Of a DNA stretch of 62,400 bases, positions 27,233 through 37,614 are shown in pieces. Source of the stretch: a virus. Its lineage: Duplodnaviria > Caudoviricetes. The stretch is taken from positions 1 to 62,400 of IMG/VR virus record IMGVR_UViG_3300009071_000009; one strand, 5' to 3'. Numbering within the stretch: the stretch's first letter is position 1; each line of letters opens with the position of its first letter. A program made the translations under genes and the position numbers. Below the pieces are notes generated by a model that saw nothing but the letters and a program-made list of their open reading frames with translations, was not told the DNA's origin and did not search any database.

Positions 27233-27240
27233 TATAAATA
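27233..27240 (+). promoter_or_regulatory. T4-type late promoter
   Basis: TATAAATA upstream of gene 25. Confidence 0.8.
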
Positions 27241-27266
27241 GACAATAACCAGACAAGGAAACACCA

Positions 27267-27710
27267 ATGGCAAGAAGATCGTTCGCAGTAGAGGATGGAA
27301 GTTTAAATACTCCAGCTATTGTTACGAGTAGAGTCCGAGCTTATACGGATATTGATCTACTCTTTCGAGCCAAGGGGAACGGAGATCTATATAAGAAGAA
27401 TGATGCTGCCGCAGTAAAGCAGGCAGTCAAGAATCTAATACAGACTAACTTCCATGAGAAGCCGTTTGCTCCTTACTTTGGTGCAAATCTGAGAAACATG
27501 CTTTTTGAGTTAGCAAGCAATGATGTAGACTATATCGTAAAAGAAGATATAAAGGCTGCCATTGCGAATTATGAACCAAGAGCAGAAGTAATAGAAGTAG
27601 ATGTCATTGCTCGACCTGATAATAATAGTATCGGAGTAACGTTGACTTTTAGAGTAAAGAATACGGACGAGAATGTCGTTTTAGAAACATCAATATCAAG
27701 GTTAAGATAA
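27267..27710 (+). CDS. 25: Baseplate wedge protein gp25
   Basis: AVKQAVKNLI.T…EKPF.P.FG…YEPR. Confidence 0.92.
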   Translation: MARRSFAVEDGSLNTPAIVTSRVRAYTDIDLLFRAKGNGDLYKKNDAAAVKQAVKNLIQTNFHEKPFAPYFGANLRNMLFELASNDVDYIVKEDIKAAIANYEPRAEVIEVDVIARPDNNSIGVTLTFRVKNTDENVVLETSISRLR

Positions 27711-27711
27711 T

Positions 27712-29574
27712 ATGGCAACAACAGTTAGAAGCACAGCACTTGATTTCGATAGAATAAAGACAGCGCTGGCGAAAGATCTCTCCGCGAGTAACGAGTTTCC
27801 GGATTTTGATTTTGAGGCAAGTGGTATCAGTAACATACTGGATGTCCTTGCGTATAATACTCATTTGAATGGTCTGATCGCAAACTTTGCTACAAATGAG
27901 AGTTTCATGCGCACTGCGCAACTCCGGTCTTCAATTGTATCAAGAGCAGAAGAACTTGGTTTAAATATTCGCAGTAATACAGCATCCTCTGCAGTACTCC
28001 GTATATCCGTTAACCTATCGACTCTACCAGTTCTACCAACAACAATTAAACTACCACAATATACAGAATACACAGCGACACTTGATGGAGTGACATATTC
28101 CTTCTATACTCTTGAGGATTACACCGCAGAGAATAACGGAGCAGGAATCTATACCTTCGAAGTCGACTACGGAAATGGCGTGGGAGATGATACTGACTAT
28201 CAGATACCTGTTTATCAGGGTGATATTAAAACAAAGAATTTCTATGTAGGCACAACAGACGATTATCAAGTATATGTTATTCCTGATACTCAACTCGATA
28301 CTTCAAGTGCAAGAGTATTCGTCTATGATACTCCGACCTCAAATTCTTATGAAGAATATACAAGTATTACAAAAGCAATTACCGTGAATTCGAGCTCGAC
28401 TTATTACGACCTCCGCGAGGCGCCTAACGGCGCCTATGAACTTACCTTCGGAGATGGACAGACCTACGGTAAAGCACCAACTCCAGGATCAAAGATAGTC
28501 GTGACATATCTTAGACCAGATGGAGAAAATGCAAATGGGAGCGCAGACTTCTTTCCACAGAACAATTTAACTTATTCAGGCGTTTCATTTCCGCAAGGTG
28601 TAACGACATTCAGTAACTCAACTGGTGGGAAAAATAAACAAACAATCGATCAGATACGTCAAACGGCTCCAATCGCGTTCGCATCTCAACAAAGACTCGT
28701 AACACCAGAGGATTATCAAGCTCAGATCTTATCAAACTTTTCTCAAGTTGATGCAGTCGCAGCATGGGGTGGACAAGATAATATACCTATCGATTATGGA
28801 AAGGTTTATATTAGTCTTCAGTTTGATGATGGAACTGATACAAATACACAGACTCGAGTGAAAGCAAAGATCGTATCTGATTTAACAGATAAATTATCAG
28901 TAACGTCAATTACACCAAAGTTTGTTGATCCAGTGAACGTTTATCTTGAATGTACTGTTGATTTTAATTACGATCCAGACTTGACAGGACTCACGGCTGG
29001 TAACATGGCTACAAAGGTAGAAAACATTGTTACTAATTACTTTAATTCAATTGATGGGTTTGAAAAAACATTCCGTCGATCAAACATGTTAACTACAATT
29101 GATGAAAATGAAGATGCAATTCTTTCTTCAAAGTCTGATGTGAAGATGAGAATGAGATTTGAACCTGAGTTTGGATCTACTTCAACCTTTGCATATACTA
29201 TTAACTTCCCTGTTCCATTAGCAGAATTTGATGATGTCAATTATGTCATTCGAACAACAAACTTTGAGATCACAGGGGCAACAGCATATATCCGTAATAA
29301 ACTCAATAGTACACAATTAGAACTGGTGAATGCAATAACAAGCGAAGTTATCACTTCAAATGTTGGAGCATACTATCCTACAAAGGGTGAGGTTTGGATT
29401 TCAGAAATTACACCATTGAGTTCTTCTTCAGGCGCGAATTATATTGAAATAAGAGCAACTCCAAATAACCAATCAGTAATTAAACCATTGCGTAATTATA
29501 TTATTAAACTTGACAACACTCGTCTTGTTGTAAATGCGTTAAGAGATGATAAGAATACGAAAGTAACACTCTAA
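27712..29574 (+). CDS. 6: Baseplate wedge protein gp6
   Basis: LDFD.IK, DFDFEASG…LDVLAYNTH, FGDG..GK.P, Q.RLVT.EDY, YGKVYI. Confidence 0.95.
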   Translation: MATTVRSTALDFDRIKTALAKDLSASNEFPDFDFEASGISNILDVLAYNTHLNGLIANFATNESFMRTAQLRSSIVSRAEELGLNIRSNTASSAVLRISVNLSTLPVLPTTIKLPQYTEYTATLDGVTYSFYTLEDYTAENNGAGIYTFEVDYGNGVGDDTDYQIPVYQGDIKTKNFYVGTTDDYQVYVIPDTQLDTSSARVFVYDTPTSNSYEEYTSITKAITVNSSSTYYDLREAPNGAYELTFGDGQTYGKAPTPGSKIVVTYLRPDGENANGSADFFPQNNLTYSGVSFPQGVTTFSNSTGGKNKQTIDQIRQTAPIAFASQQRLVTPEDYQAQILSNFSQVDAVAAWGGQDNIPIDYGKVYISLQFDDGTDTNTQTRVKAKIVSDLTDKLSVTSITPKFVDPVNVYLECTVDFNYDPDLTGLTAGNMATKVENIVTNYFNSIDGFEKTFRRSNMLTTIDENEDAILSSKSDVKMRMRFEPEFGSTSTFAYTINFPVPLAEFDDVNYVIRTTNFEITGATAYIRNKLNSTQLELVNAITSEVITSNVGAYYPTKGEVWISEITPLSSSSGANYIEIRATPNNQSVIKPLRNYIIKLDNTRLVVNALRDDKNTKVTL

Positions 29575-30536
29575 TGAAAACTCTTAGTGATTTAAATCGT
29601 TTACCAATTGCTATGAAACGAAGTCTGGTAGGAAATGTCTTACCAGAATATTGGTCATCCGACTATCCTAACTTAATTGCTTTCCTTGAAGCTTATTATG
29701 ATTTCTTAGATAGTGATGAGAACTTTGGTAATCTGATTGAAGACCTATATACAATAAGAGATATCGAAGCAGCTACTTTAAATCAAATAGATCTGATGTT
29801 TAAAGAGATTGGTATGGGAGTTGCCCATACACAGTTTACATCACCAAGAGAAGTAATAAGAAATTTTGGTCGATTTTTTCGAGTAAAAGGTACAGAATAT
29901 AGTGCGGAAAATTTCTTCCGTGCATTCTTTAATGAGGATGCTTGGTTAGAGTATCCTAAGCAAAATTTATTTACAGTCGGTGAATCTACATTAGGTATTG
30001 ATGGACTGGATGTATTGCAAGATGGTAAACTAAATCAAATCTTATCTGTTCTTGTAAAGTCACCTGTCTCAATTGCAACTTGGGGTAATTTATATAGAAA
30101 GCATGTTCATCCAGCTGGATTTTATCTAGGTGCAGAAGTTTTAATTACAACTTTATTTGATGTAGGAGCAACAGCTCCAATTGTTGTTTTAGATTCTGAT
30201 GGCGAAGTTATAGTGGAAGAAGTTACAACCTTCTTAACACAAGGTGCAGAACAAGACTTAACTCTATTACAGACCATGGGCGCAACCATGTATGTGTTTG
30301 ATTCAATACAGAACAGATTGATTTGGACTAACATGGATGGACTACAAGAATTTGATTCAAGTTACACAGATAGAAATGCAGATTCTGCACAAACAGTCTT
30401 TAATGTTAGACTTGATCCAAGTATTCAGATTAGAGGATATAAAGATATTGTAATATCTGATTTTGATAGTGATTATACATCTATTTATGATTTAATGGAA
30501 GCATCTTATGACTTTGAACCATCTGTTCGGGTATAA
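29574..30536 (+). CDS. Short gp7-like baseplate wedge protein
   Basis: FLEAYY.FL, KGT..S…FFR..F, HPAGF; located between gp6 and gp8. Confidence 0.75.
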   Translation: MKTLSDLNRLPIAMKRSLVGNVLPEYWSSDYPNLIAFLEAYYDFLDSDENFGNLIEDLYTIRDIEAATLNQIDLMFKEIGMGVAHTQFTSPREVIRNFGRFFRVKGTEYSAENFFRAFFNEDAWLEYPKQNLFTVGESTLGIDGLDVLQDGKLNQILSVLVKSPVSIATWGNLYRKHVHPAGFYLGAEVLITTLFDVGATAPIVVLDSDGEVIVEEVTTFLTQGAEQDLTLLQTMGATMYVFDSIQNRLIWTNMDGLQEFDSSYTDRNADSAQTVFNVRLDPSIQIRGYKDIVISDFDSDYTSIYDLMEASYDFEPSVRV

Positions 30537-30539
30537 ATA
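30532..30539 (+). promoter_or_regulatory. T4-type late promoter
   Basis: TATAAATA. Confidence 0.75.
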
Positions 30540-30565
30540 ATAGAAAATAATTTAGGGCATAGAAA

Positions 30566-31924
30566 ATGGTAGCAGTAATAACAGATTATTTTAGAAGTAA
30601 TATCGTCAGATATATCACTGATGGTATTAACGACTCCAGTGAGCATATGTATATTGGCCTAGGTAGATCTGAGTATTGGGATAGTACTGATACTCCACCA
30701 CCGCCAGTTAATTCAGCAGAAGAAATTAAAAACTTTAGAGAAAGTTTACAAGCTGTAAAGAAAATCACTGACACATCTTATGTTGTTCCAAGAGTCAATT
30801 GGACTACTGGTACAACTTATTCACAATGGGACGATACTCAAGTAGATTATCCATCACCTAACTTCTATGTGATGACACAAAACTACGGTGTGTATATGTG
30901 TTTAAGAACTGGGAGAAATAATACAGGAGCAACAGTTCCTTCTATAGTAGCACCTTCTGGTTCGAACAACGATCCATTTGAAACTGCTGATGGATATGTT
31001 TGGAAATTTCTATTTACTATTTCTGCAATTGAAGCTAACTACTTCCTTTCTGCTAATTACATGCCCGTAAGCAGAATTGTTGGTGAGTTAGATTCTGATG
31101 CAACAGGTATTCAATTAAAGCATAAAGAAATTCAAGATCAAGCTGTGCCCGGCATGATTTCTTCCATTATCGTAACTGACGGTGGATCTGGATATTCTTC
31201 ACCTCCTACTGTTACTATTAGTGGCAATGGAACAACAGCATCAGTAGTTGCTACAATTGATTCTGCAACAGATTCTGGTAGAGTTGCTAAGATTGAATTC
31301 GAAAATGATTCTTCTACTTTATCATATCCTTATGGCTATGACTATGGTCAAGTAACAATATCAGGCGGAGGCGGTTCAGGTGCTGAAGCTAGATTAGTTA
31401 TTACACCACCTGAAGGACTTGGTGCAGACGCGCCGAATGATTTAAGATCTTCTGGAATTATGATTCATACTAAAGTTTCTGGATCAGAAGAAGACTTTAT
31501 TGTTGTTCAAGATTTCCGTCAAGTTGGTTTAATAAGAAATCCTGTAAAAGGAGATGGAAGTGATTCAGACTTTACTTTTGATACAGGCAATGCATTAAAG
31601 GCTCTAAACTTATCATCTACAGCAGTAGCCTTTAGTGTTGATAAAACAGTTGTCGGTGGAACATCCGGCGCTAAAGCTTATATTGATGAAGTAGATTCGA
31701 ATTTATTATATTATCATCAAAACTCTACAACTGGATATGGTGCATTTACATTAGGCGAAGCATTAACAGAATCTGATGGTTCTGGTGAAGGAGTACTAGG
31801 ATCTATCATAGATAGTTCAGAAGTCGATCCATTCTCTGGAGAAGTTCTATATATCGATAATAGGACAGCAGTTGAGAGAATGTCTAATCAAACAGAAGAT
31901 GTTAAAATCATTCTACAATTATAA
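30566..31924 (+). CDS. 8: Baseplate wedge protein gp8
   Basis: PRVNWTTG, VYMCL, DGYVWKFLF, FRQVGLIRNP, SGEVLYIDNR…QTEDVKIIL. Confidence 0.92.
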   Translation: MVAVITDYFRSNIVRYITDGINDSSEHMYIGLGRSEYWDSTDTPPPPVNSAEEIKNFRESLQAVKKITDTSYVVPRVNWTTGTTYSQWDDTQVDYPSPNFYVMTQNYGVYMCLRTGRNNTGATVPSIVAPSGSNNDPFETADGYVWKFLFTISAIEANYFLSANYMPVSRIVGELDSDATGIQLKHKEIQDQAVPGMISSIIVTDGGSGYSSPPTVTISGNGTTASVVATIDSATDSGRVAKIEFENDSSTLSYPYGYDYGQVTISGGGGSGAEARLVITPPEGLGADAPNDLRSSGIMIHTKVSGSEEDFIVVQDFRQVGLIRNPVKGDGSDSDFTFDTGNALKALNLSSTAVAFSVDKTVVGGTSGAKAYIDEVDSNLLYYHQNSTTGYGAFTLGEALTESDGSGEGVLGSIIDSSEVDPFSGEVLYIDNRTAVERMSNQTEDVKIILQL

Positions 31925-31935
31925 AGAGCTAGCAC

Positions 31936-34900
31936 ATGACGATAAATTACACTGAAAAATTATTTGAAACTAGATACCGAGATGACTACGCGGATAGCAA
32001 CGGGTTTGTTCGAATCTTGTTTAACAATGGGCGTCACTTACAAGCTAGAGAGTTAACACAATCTCAAACGATTATTCAAAAGCAATTAGAAAGATTTGGC
32101 CGGAATATTTTTAAAGAAGGTGCAGATGTTCTTCCAGGAGCAGTTGCTTTAAATAATAAGTATGAATTCGTAAAATTAGATGCAGGAGTTTACTCTGTTC
32201 CAGTTGATGGAAGTGTCCTTGATGAAACATTCGTTGGTCAAAATTCAAATGTACGAATTAAAGTCTTAGAACAAGTTGGTATTGAAGGATCAGATCCTCA
32301 TACACTTTATGTAGAATACACAAATACTATAGGCGGAACAGTTGGTAATACTCCAATTAGATTAACACCAGGCGAAGATATTGTAGGTGTTTCTACTGGA
32401 ACTATTTTAAGAGTACAAACAACGAACACAATTTCAAATCCAGCGGTTGGTCAAGGCGTCAAGTTCTCCGTAGATGAAGGTTCCTTTTTTGTCAATGGTT
32501 TCTTTGTATTTGCACCTAAACAAGAAATAATTATTCAAAAGTATAGCCCAATTTATAGTGGTACTGTTGGATTTAAAGTTGTTCAAGATGTTGTTACTGA
32601 AGATGATGATGAATCTCTTTATGACAATTCACAAAAACTTCCTAACACAACAGCGCCTGGAGCAGATAGATTTAGAATTACACTAACTTTAATTGATGAA
32701 ATAGAGATAAGTGCAACTGATACGTTTGTTTATCTAGCTAAGGTAATAAATTCAAATGTTGTAGATGCTGTAACCGGATTTAATCAATATAATAAAATAA
32801 ATGATTTAATTGCACTAAGAACAAAAGAAGAATCTGGAAACTATTTAGTGCGTCCATTTAAAGCTTTATATGATTCATCGGATGCAACAAGTCTAAGTTT
32901 AAGTGTTTCTGATGGTACTGCTTATGTTAATGGATATAGAGTTAATAAAGATTATCCTACCGAATTACAAGTGTCTAGAGCTCAAGATACTGAGCAATTA
33001 GAAAATGAGGTTGTTGCAAGTAACTTTGGAAACTATGTTATTGCAAGTACAATAGCAGGTTTACCTGATATATCTACATTTGCTTCCGTCAATCTAAGAG
33101 ATAATTCTACCTATGCATCTGGATCTAATATAGGTACAGCTAGAATTAGATCTGTTGACCGTGTTGGTGATGGTACTTATAGAATTTACTTATTTAATAT
33201 AGCAATGGCTGGTGGAAATAATTTTAGAAATGTTAAATCTCTTGGAACTTCTTCAATTAACAATGCTACTTTATTATTAGAAAATAATTTAGCTGTTTTA
33301 AAAGAAGCTAATAACATAGATTTATTATTTCCTCTTCCACAAATTAGACCTTCTTCAATTAACGATATATCATTGACTGTACAAAGAAAAGTCAATGCTG
33401 TAACTGATGGCGCTGGAGCAGTTGATTTAACTTTATCAGCTGCAGGTGAAACATGGGCAAGTACTTCTGACTGGATTACAGCAGTAGATTCTGATGGTGC
33501 TGTAATTACTCCATCAGTTTCAGGATCTGGTACTACTACAGCTTCTATTTCAGGCGCGCCTTTTAACTCTAATTTAACACTTTTTGCCTATATTAATAAG
33601 AGTGTTGGAACAGTTAAACAGAAGTTGATACAAGAAACTACTGGAAATCAAGGAAGCTTAAACACTGGCAGCAATGGAGAGCGTTACGTAGACCTTGCGG
33701 TTCCTGATGCTTATGAAGTGAATTACATTAGACAAGATAGTGCTAATGGTGCAGATATTGCTGATCAATTTAATTTAGATACTGGTCAAAGAGATGCATA
33801 CTATGATATTTCTAGATTAGTACTTAAAGGTGGTATTGCAGTACCAACAAATATTTACTGGTCAATTAAACATTTTCAGCATACTACTTCAGGTGATTTC
33901 TTTGGAATCAATTCATACTCTTCATTAAGCTATGCTGATGTTCCATCATATACCAAACAGGACGGAACAGTAATTGATTTAAGAAATGTTATGGATTTCC
34001 GTTCAGTTAAAAATGTTGGCGATACCTTTATAGGTGGAACCGGACGAATTCATGAACTTCCAAAAAATACTGATGTAATTAATTCAGACATTACTTATTA
34101 CTTACCAAGATATGATAAAATTATAGTTAATGAACAAGGAGAATTATCTGTATTGAAGGGGATTTCTTCTTCTACACCAAAGTTTAAAGAAGTTTCACCT
34201 AATGCTTTAGAATTATATAGAGTTAAAATGAATCCATTTACTTTACATGATAGTGATATGGTAACTCAATTCATAGAAGCTAAAGGCTATACTATGAAAG
34301 ATATTGGTTTAATAGAAAAAAGAGTAAACACTTTAGAAAAAGCTGTTAGTCTTTCATTACTTGAATTAGATACTAATGCATTAGAATTAATTGATTCAAA
34401 TGGAACACCTAGAACTAAATCAGGCTTTGCTGTAGATAACTTTACAAGTCATATTTTATCTGATACTACATCTTCAGAATATAAAGCATCAATTAATCCT
34501 AGTGAACAAACTTTAAATCCTGCATATGTTGAAAAGAATGTTGGATTAATATATGATTCTTCTTTATCAACTAATACTACATTAAAAGGCGATAATGTTT
34601 ATGTAAGATATGATGAAACAAATTATATTTCTCAACCTCAAGTTTCTAATACACAAAATGCTAATCCATTTACCACTTCTTTATATAACGGTACAGTTAT
34701 TTTATCAGGTGCTTCTGATGAACATAGAGATACAAAAACTCCAGCTACTATAGTATTACAAGGTGGAGTAAGTTTAACGCCTAAACAAGAATTGCTTTAT
34801 TCATTTAATGAATGGGGATGGAACGGTGTCGATAGAAATTCTACTATAACAACTAGAGTTGTAGATAATGAAACAATTAGAGAAATTGTTAATGATAGAA

Positions 34901-36873
34901 TAGTTGATGTAACTTTAATTCCATTCATGAGATCAAGGAAAGTTTATTTTAAAGCTGTAGGTTTAAGACCTAACACAAGAATTATTCCTTATTTTGATGG
35001 TGTTAATGTCAGTGATTGGTGTAAAGCAGAAGCGTTCCAAAGAATTAATACTACTAAAGAAGAATATGGAAACACCAAACTCGTGGCAACAAGTCATCCA
35101 GATGGAAGTTCTAATTTATTCACTGATGCTAAGGGTGAAGTTTCTGGTTCTTTCTTTATACCAAATGGAAATCTTAGATTTAGAACAGGCGTAAGAGAAT
35201 TTACTTTATTAGATATTACAACATTTGCTCCAGATACTTCAGGTTCTGTAGCGTCTGCTTCATTTGCATCTGAAGGTGTCATAGAAACTAAAACAGCTAA
35301 TCTTGTTAATACAAAAAGAGTTAATCCACCAAACTTAACAAGAAAACATAATCCACTGGCTCAATCTTTCTATGTTGCTGAAACAACTGGTGTCTTTTTA
35401 ACTAAAATTAAATTGTATTTTAAAAAGAAAGATGATACACTTCCAGTTTGGATTCAATTAAGACCAATGAAAAATGGTGCACCTAGTGATGAGGAAATTA
35501 TACCTGGTTCTAATAAAATTTTAGATCCTGTTAACGTTCAAACCTCAACCGATGGAAGTGTAGGAACTGACTTTGAATTTGATGAACCCATTTATTTAAA
35601 TCCACAAACAGAATATGCTTTAGTAGTTCTTACAGATGCTTCTAATTACAATCTTTTCATTTCAAGAATGGGAGAGTTTGAGTTAGGATCTACTGAAAAG
35701 AGAATTACAAAACAGCCTACATTAGGTTCTATGTATAAACCTCAAAGTGTTGCGGATTGGGAGCCTTCACAATTAGAAGATTTAATGTTTATAGCATATA
35801 GAGCTTCATTTGATACTGGAACATCAACTGCATATTTACAAAACATAAGTTTACCTAATAAACTTCTCCATGATAATCCAATTACTACAACTTCGGCTTC
35901 GGCTGAAATTACAGTAAAACATAATGAACATGGTTTATTTGTAGGAGACACTGTTACTCTTAGTGGTATTGTTGGTAATCTTGGAGGATTTTCACAGGAC
36001 AGCTTAAATTCTAATCATATAATTACAGCAATTGATGGAACTGGATATACTTTTGATATGGATTCCACCGCAAGCATTACAACCACTGCTGGTGGCGATG
36101 GTGTAATCGCATCAGAGCAAATGTTAATGGATAAAGTTTTTCCTTACATTGAAACCATTGCGCCGGAAGAAACCGCTTTACAGTATAAAGGTAGATTCCA
36201 TACTGGTACATCTTTTGCTGGAAATGAAACAGCTTATGCTGAGGATACTGTATATTCAGATCTTAATAATAAAGAATATAATTACTTCCTTGCTCCAAGA
36301 GTTGTGGCGCAAAGTTCAAAAGAAAGTTCATTAGCAACTTCTACTGCTAAAATGAATGTGTTAATGACTACTGCATCTGAATATGTATCACCAATTATTG
36401 ATTTACAAAGAAGTTCATTAACAGGTATATCACATAAAATAGACGATCAAGCGGCAGCTCCTGCATCAGGTAAAAACGTTCCTTTGAATTATGTAGCAGA
36501 AACTGATCCTGCTGAAGGTTCTTCTTTATCAAAGCATATAACAAAGCCAGTTACTCTTATTCAAGATGCTGTTGGTTTAAAAGTTGTGTTTAGTGCAAAT
36601 AGGCCATCAGTCTCTAATATAGAAGTTTATTATAAAGCAATTACTGAAGATGAAGATCTTAATTTAGTTGATTGGGCACTTGCTTCTATAGAAGCTGAAG
36701 TTCCTTCTGATGAAAATAAAGATGAATTTAGAGAATATAGATACCTAGTTGGAGGAAGCAGTGGTAGCTTATCTTCATTCTCAGTGTATCAACTAAAAAT
36801 TGTTATGAAATCTACAAATAGTTCTAAAGTTCCTGTTATAAAAGATTTAAGAGCAATTGCTCTAGGTACATAA
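31936..36873 (+). CDS. Large virion structural protein (DUF4815/VrlC-like)
   Basis: Y.DDY…LF..GR.LQARELTQ.Q, APGADR, RT.EESGNY, KSGF.VDNF, PLAQSF, DLRAIAL. Confidence 0.85.
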   Translation: MTINYTEKLFETRYRDDYADSNGFVRILFNNGRHLQARELTQSQTIIQKQLERFGRNIFKEGADVLPGAVALNNKYEFVKLDAGVYSVPVDGSVLDETFVGQNSNVRIKVLEQVGIEGSDPHTLYVEYTNTIGGTVGNTPIRLTPGEDIVGVSTGTILRVQTTNTISNPAVGQGVKFSVDEGSFFVNGFFVFAPKQEIIIQKYSPIYSGTVGFKVVQDVVTEDDDESLYDNSQKLPNTTAPGADRFRITLTLIDEIEISATDTFVYLAKVINSNVVDAVTGFNQYNKINDLIALRTKEESGNYLVRPFKALYDSSDATSLSLSVSDGTAYVNGYRVNKDYPTELQVSRAQDTEQLENEVVASNFGNYVIASTIAGLPDISTFASVNLRDNSTYASGSNIGTARIRSVDRVGDGTYRIYLFNIAMAGGNNFRNVKSLGTSSINNATLLLENNLAVLKEANNIDLLFPLPQIRPSSINDISLTVQRKVNAVTDGAGAVDLTLSAAGETWASTSDWITAVDSDGAVITPSVSGSGTTTASISGAPFNSNLTLFAYINKSVGTVKQKLIQETTGNQGSLNTGSNGERYVDLAVPDAYEVNYIRQDSANGADIADQFNLDTGQRDAYYDISRLVLKGGIAVPTNIYWSIKHFQHTTSGDFFGINSYSSLSYADVPSYTKQDGTVIDLRNVMDFRSVKNVGDTFIGGTGRIHELPKNTDVINSDITYYLPRYDKIIVNEQGELSVLKGISSSTPKFKEVSPNALELYRVKMNPFTLHDSDMVTQFIEAKGYTMKDIGLIEKRVNTLEKAVSLSLLELDTNALELIDSNGTPRTKSGFAVDNFTSHILSDTTSSEYKASINPSEQTLNPAYVEKNVGLIYDSSLSTNTTLKGDNVYVRYDETNYISQPQVSNTQNANPFTTSLYNGTVILSGASDEHRDTKTPATIVLQGGVSLTPKQELLYSFNEWGWNGVDRNSTITTRVVDNETIREIVNDRIVDVTLIPFMRSRKVYFKAVGLRPNTRIIPYFDGVNVSDWCKAEAFQRINTTKEEYGNTKLVATSHPDGSSNLFTDAKGEVSGSFFIPNGNLRFRTGVREFTLLDITTFAPDTSGSVASASFASEGVIETKTANLVNTKRVNPPNLTRKHNPLAQSFYVAETTGVFLTKIKLYFKKKDDTLPVWIQLRPMKNGAPSDEEIIPGSNKILDPVNVQTSTDGSVGTDFEFDEPIYLNPQTEYALVVLTDASNYNLFISRMGEFELGSTEKRITKQPTLGSMYKPQSVADWEPSQLEDLMFIAYRASFDTGTSTAYLQNISLPNKLLHDNPITTTSASAEITVKHNEHGLFVGDTVTLSGIVGNLGGFSQDSLNSNHIITAIDGTGYTFDMDSTASITTTAGGDGVIASEQMLMDKVFPYIETIAPEETALQYKGRFHTGTSFAGNETAYAEDTVYSDLNNKEYNYFLAPRVVAQSSKESSLATSTAKMNVLMTTASEYVSPIIDLQRSSLTGISHKIDDQAAAPASGKNVPLNYVAETDPAEGSSLSKHITKPVTLIQDAVGLKVVFSANRPSVSNIEVYYKAITEDEDLNLVDWALASIEAEVPSDENKDEFREYRYLVGGSSGSLSSFSVYQLKIVMKSTNSSKVPVIKDLRAIALGT

Positions 36874-36874
36874 T

Positions 36875-37081
36875 ATGAAATATTTACCAGTAGAAGGAAA
36901 TAGTGATTTAGTAAAAGATCTTAATACGGGAGCTATTTTAAATACTTCTAGTAACATTATAGTTGCAAGGAGAGCTAAAGAAGCACGTAAACAGAAAGAA
37001 CAAGAATTAATTGAACTAAAGGAAGAAGTAAAAGAATTGAAGACTATGTTGAGTGTACTTCTAAATAAATTGGATAATTAA
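36875..37081 (+). CDS. Small coiled-coil protein
   Basis: VEG…LVKD..TGAILN followed by coiled coil; typical follower of DUF4815 genes. Confidence 0.75.
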   Translation: MKYLPVEGNSDLVKDLNTGAILNTSSNIIVARRAKEARKQKEQELIELKEEVKELKTMLSVLLNKLDN

Positions 37082-37083
37082 TT

Positions 37084-37335
37084 ATGGCACGTCAAGTAAG
37101 AGCAGATTTAAGCGATCACTTTGAAGCATGGAGAGAAAAAACAAATCTTCTCTCTAATTACATGGGTGACTTAGATAGATTAATTACACCAGAAGATTCC
37201 GATCTTGTTGGTGCTATTAATTCTGCTTATACGTATAGGCAGAACTATTATACTGACACAACTGTAGTTTTGGTTAATTCAGCCGGCAGTATAATTAAAA
37301 CAATGTACGTTTATGATAGTGTAGGCGGCTTATAA
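37084..37335 (+). CDS. Small fibre-type structural protein (paralog A)
   Basis: DLSDHFEAWREKTN…GDL…DSDLVGAIN. Confidence 0.75.
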   Translation: MARQVRADLSDHFEAWREKTNLLSNYMGDLDRLITPEDSDLVGAINSAYTYRQNYYTDTTVVLVNSAGSIIKTMYVYDSVGGL

Positions 37336-37338
37336 ATA
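37331..37338 (+). promoter_or_regulatory. T4-type late promoter
   Basis: TATAAATA. Confidence 0.75.
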
Positions 37339-37360
37339 AAGAATAAAATGGGCGGATTAG

Positions 37361-37609
37361 ATGGCAAGAAAAATTTACGTAGATCTAAGCGATACAATCG
37401 ACGCTTGGCGGGAGAAAACAAATATTCTTGGTGCGAACAGTGGTGACTTAGATAATCTAATCACTACTGCGGATTCTGACCTCGTGGCTGCTATTAATGA
37501 AGTATATAATTATCAACCAATCCGGGATGAGAATTTGCGCATTAGAAGAGCCAATGGAACTGTTGCAAAAGATTTATACGGCTTTTCAATAGATTCATCT
37601 GGTGGTTAA
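37361..37609 (+). CDS. Small fibre-type structural protein (paralog B)
   Basis: DLSDTIDAWREKTN…GDL…DSDLVAAIN. Confidence 0.75.
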   Translation: MARKIYVDLSDTIDAWREKTNILGANSGDLDNLITTADSDLVAAINEVYNYQPIRDENLRIRRANGTVAKDLYGFSIDSSGG

Positions 37610-37614
37610 TTATT

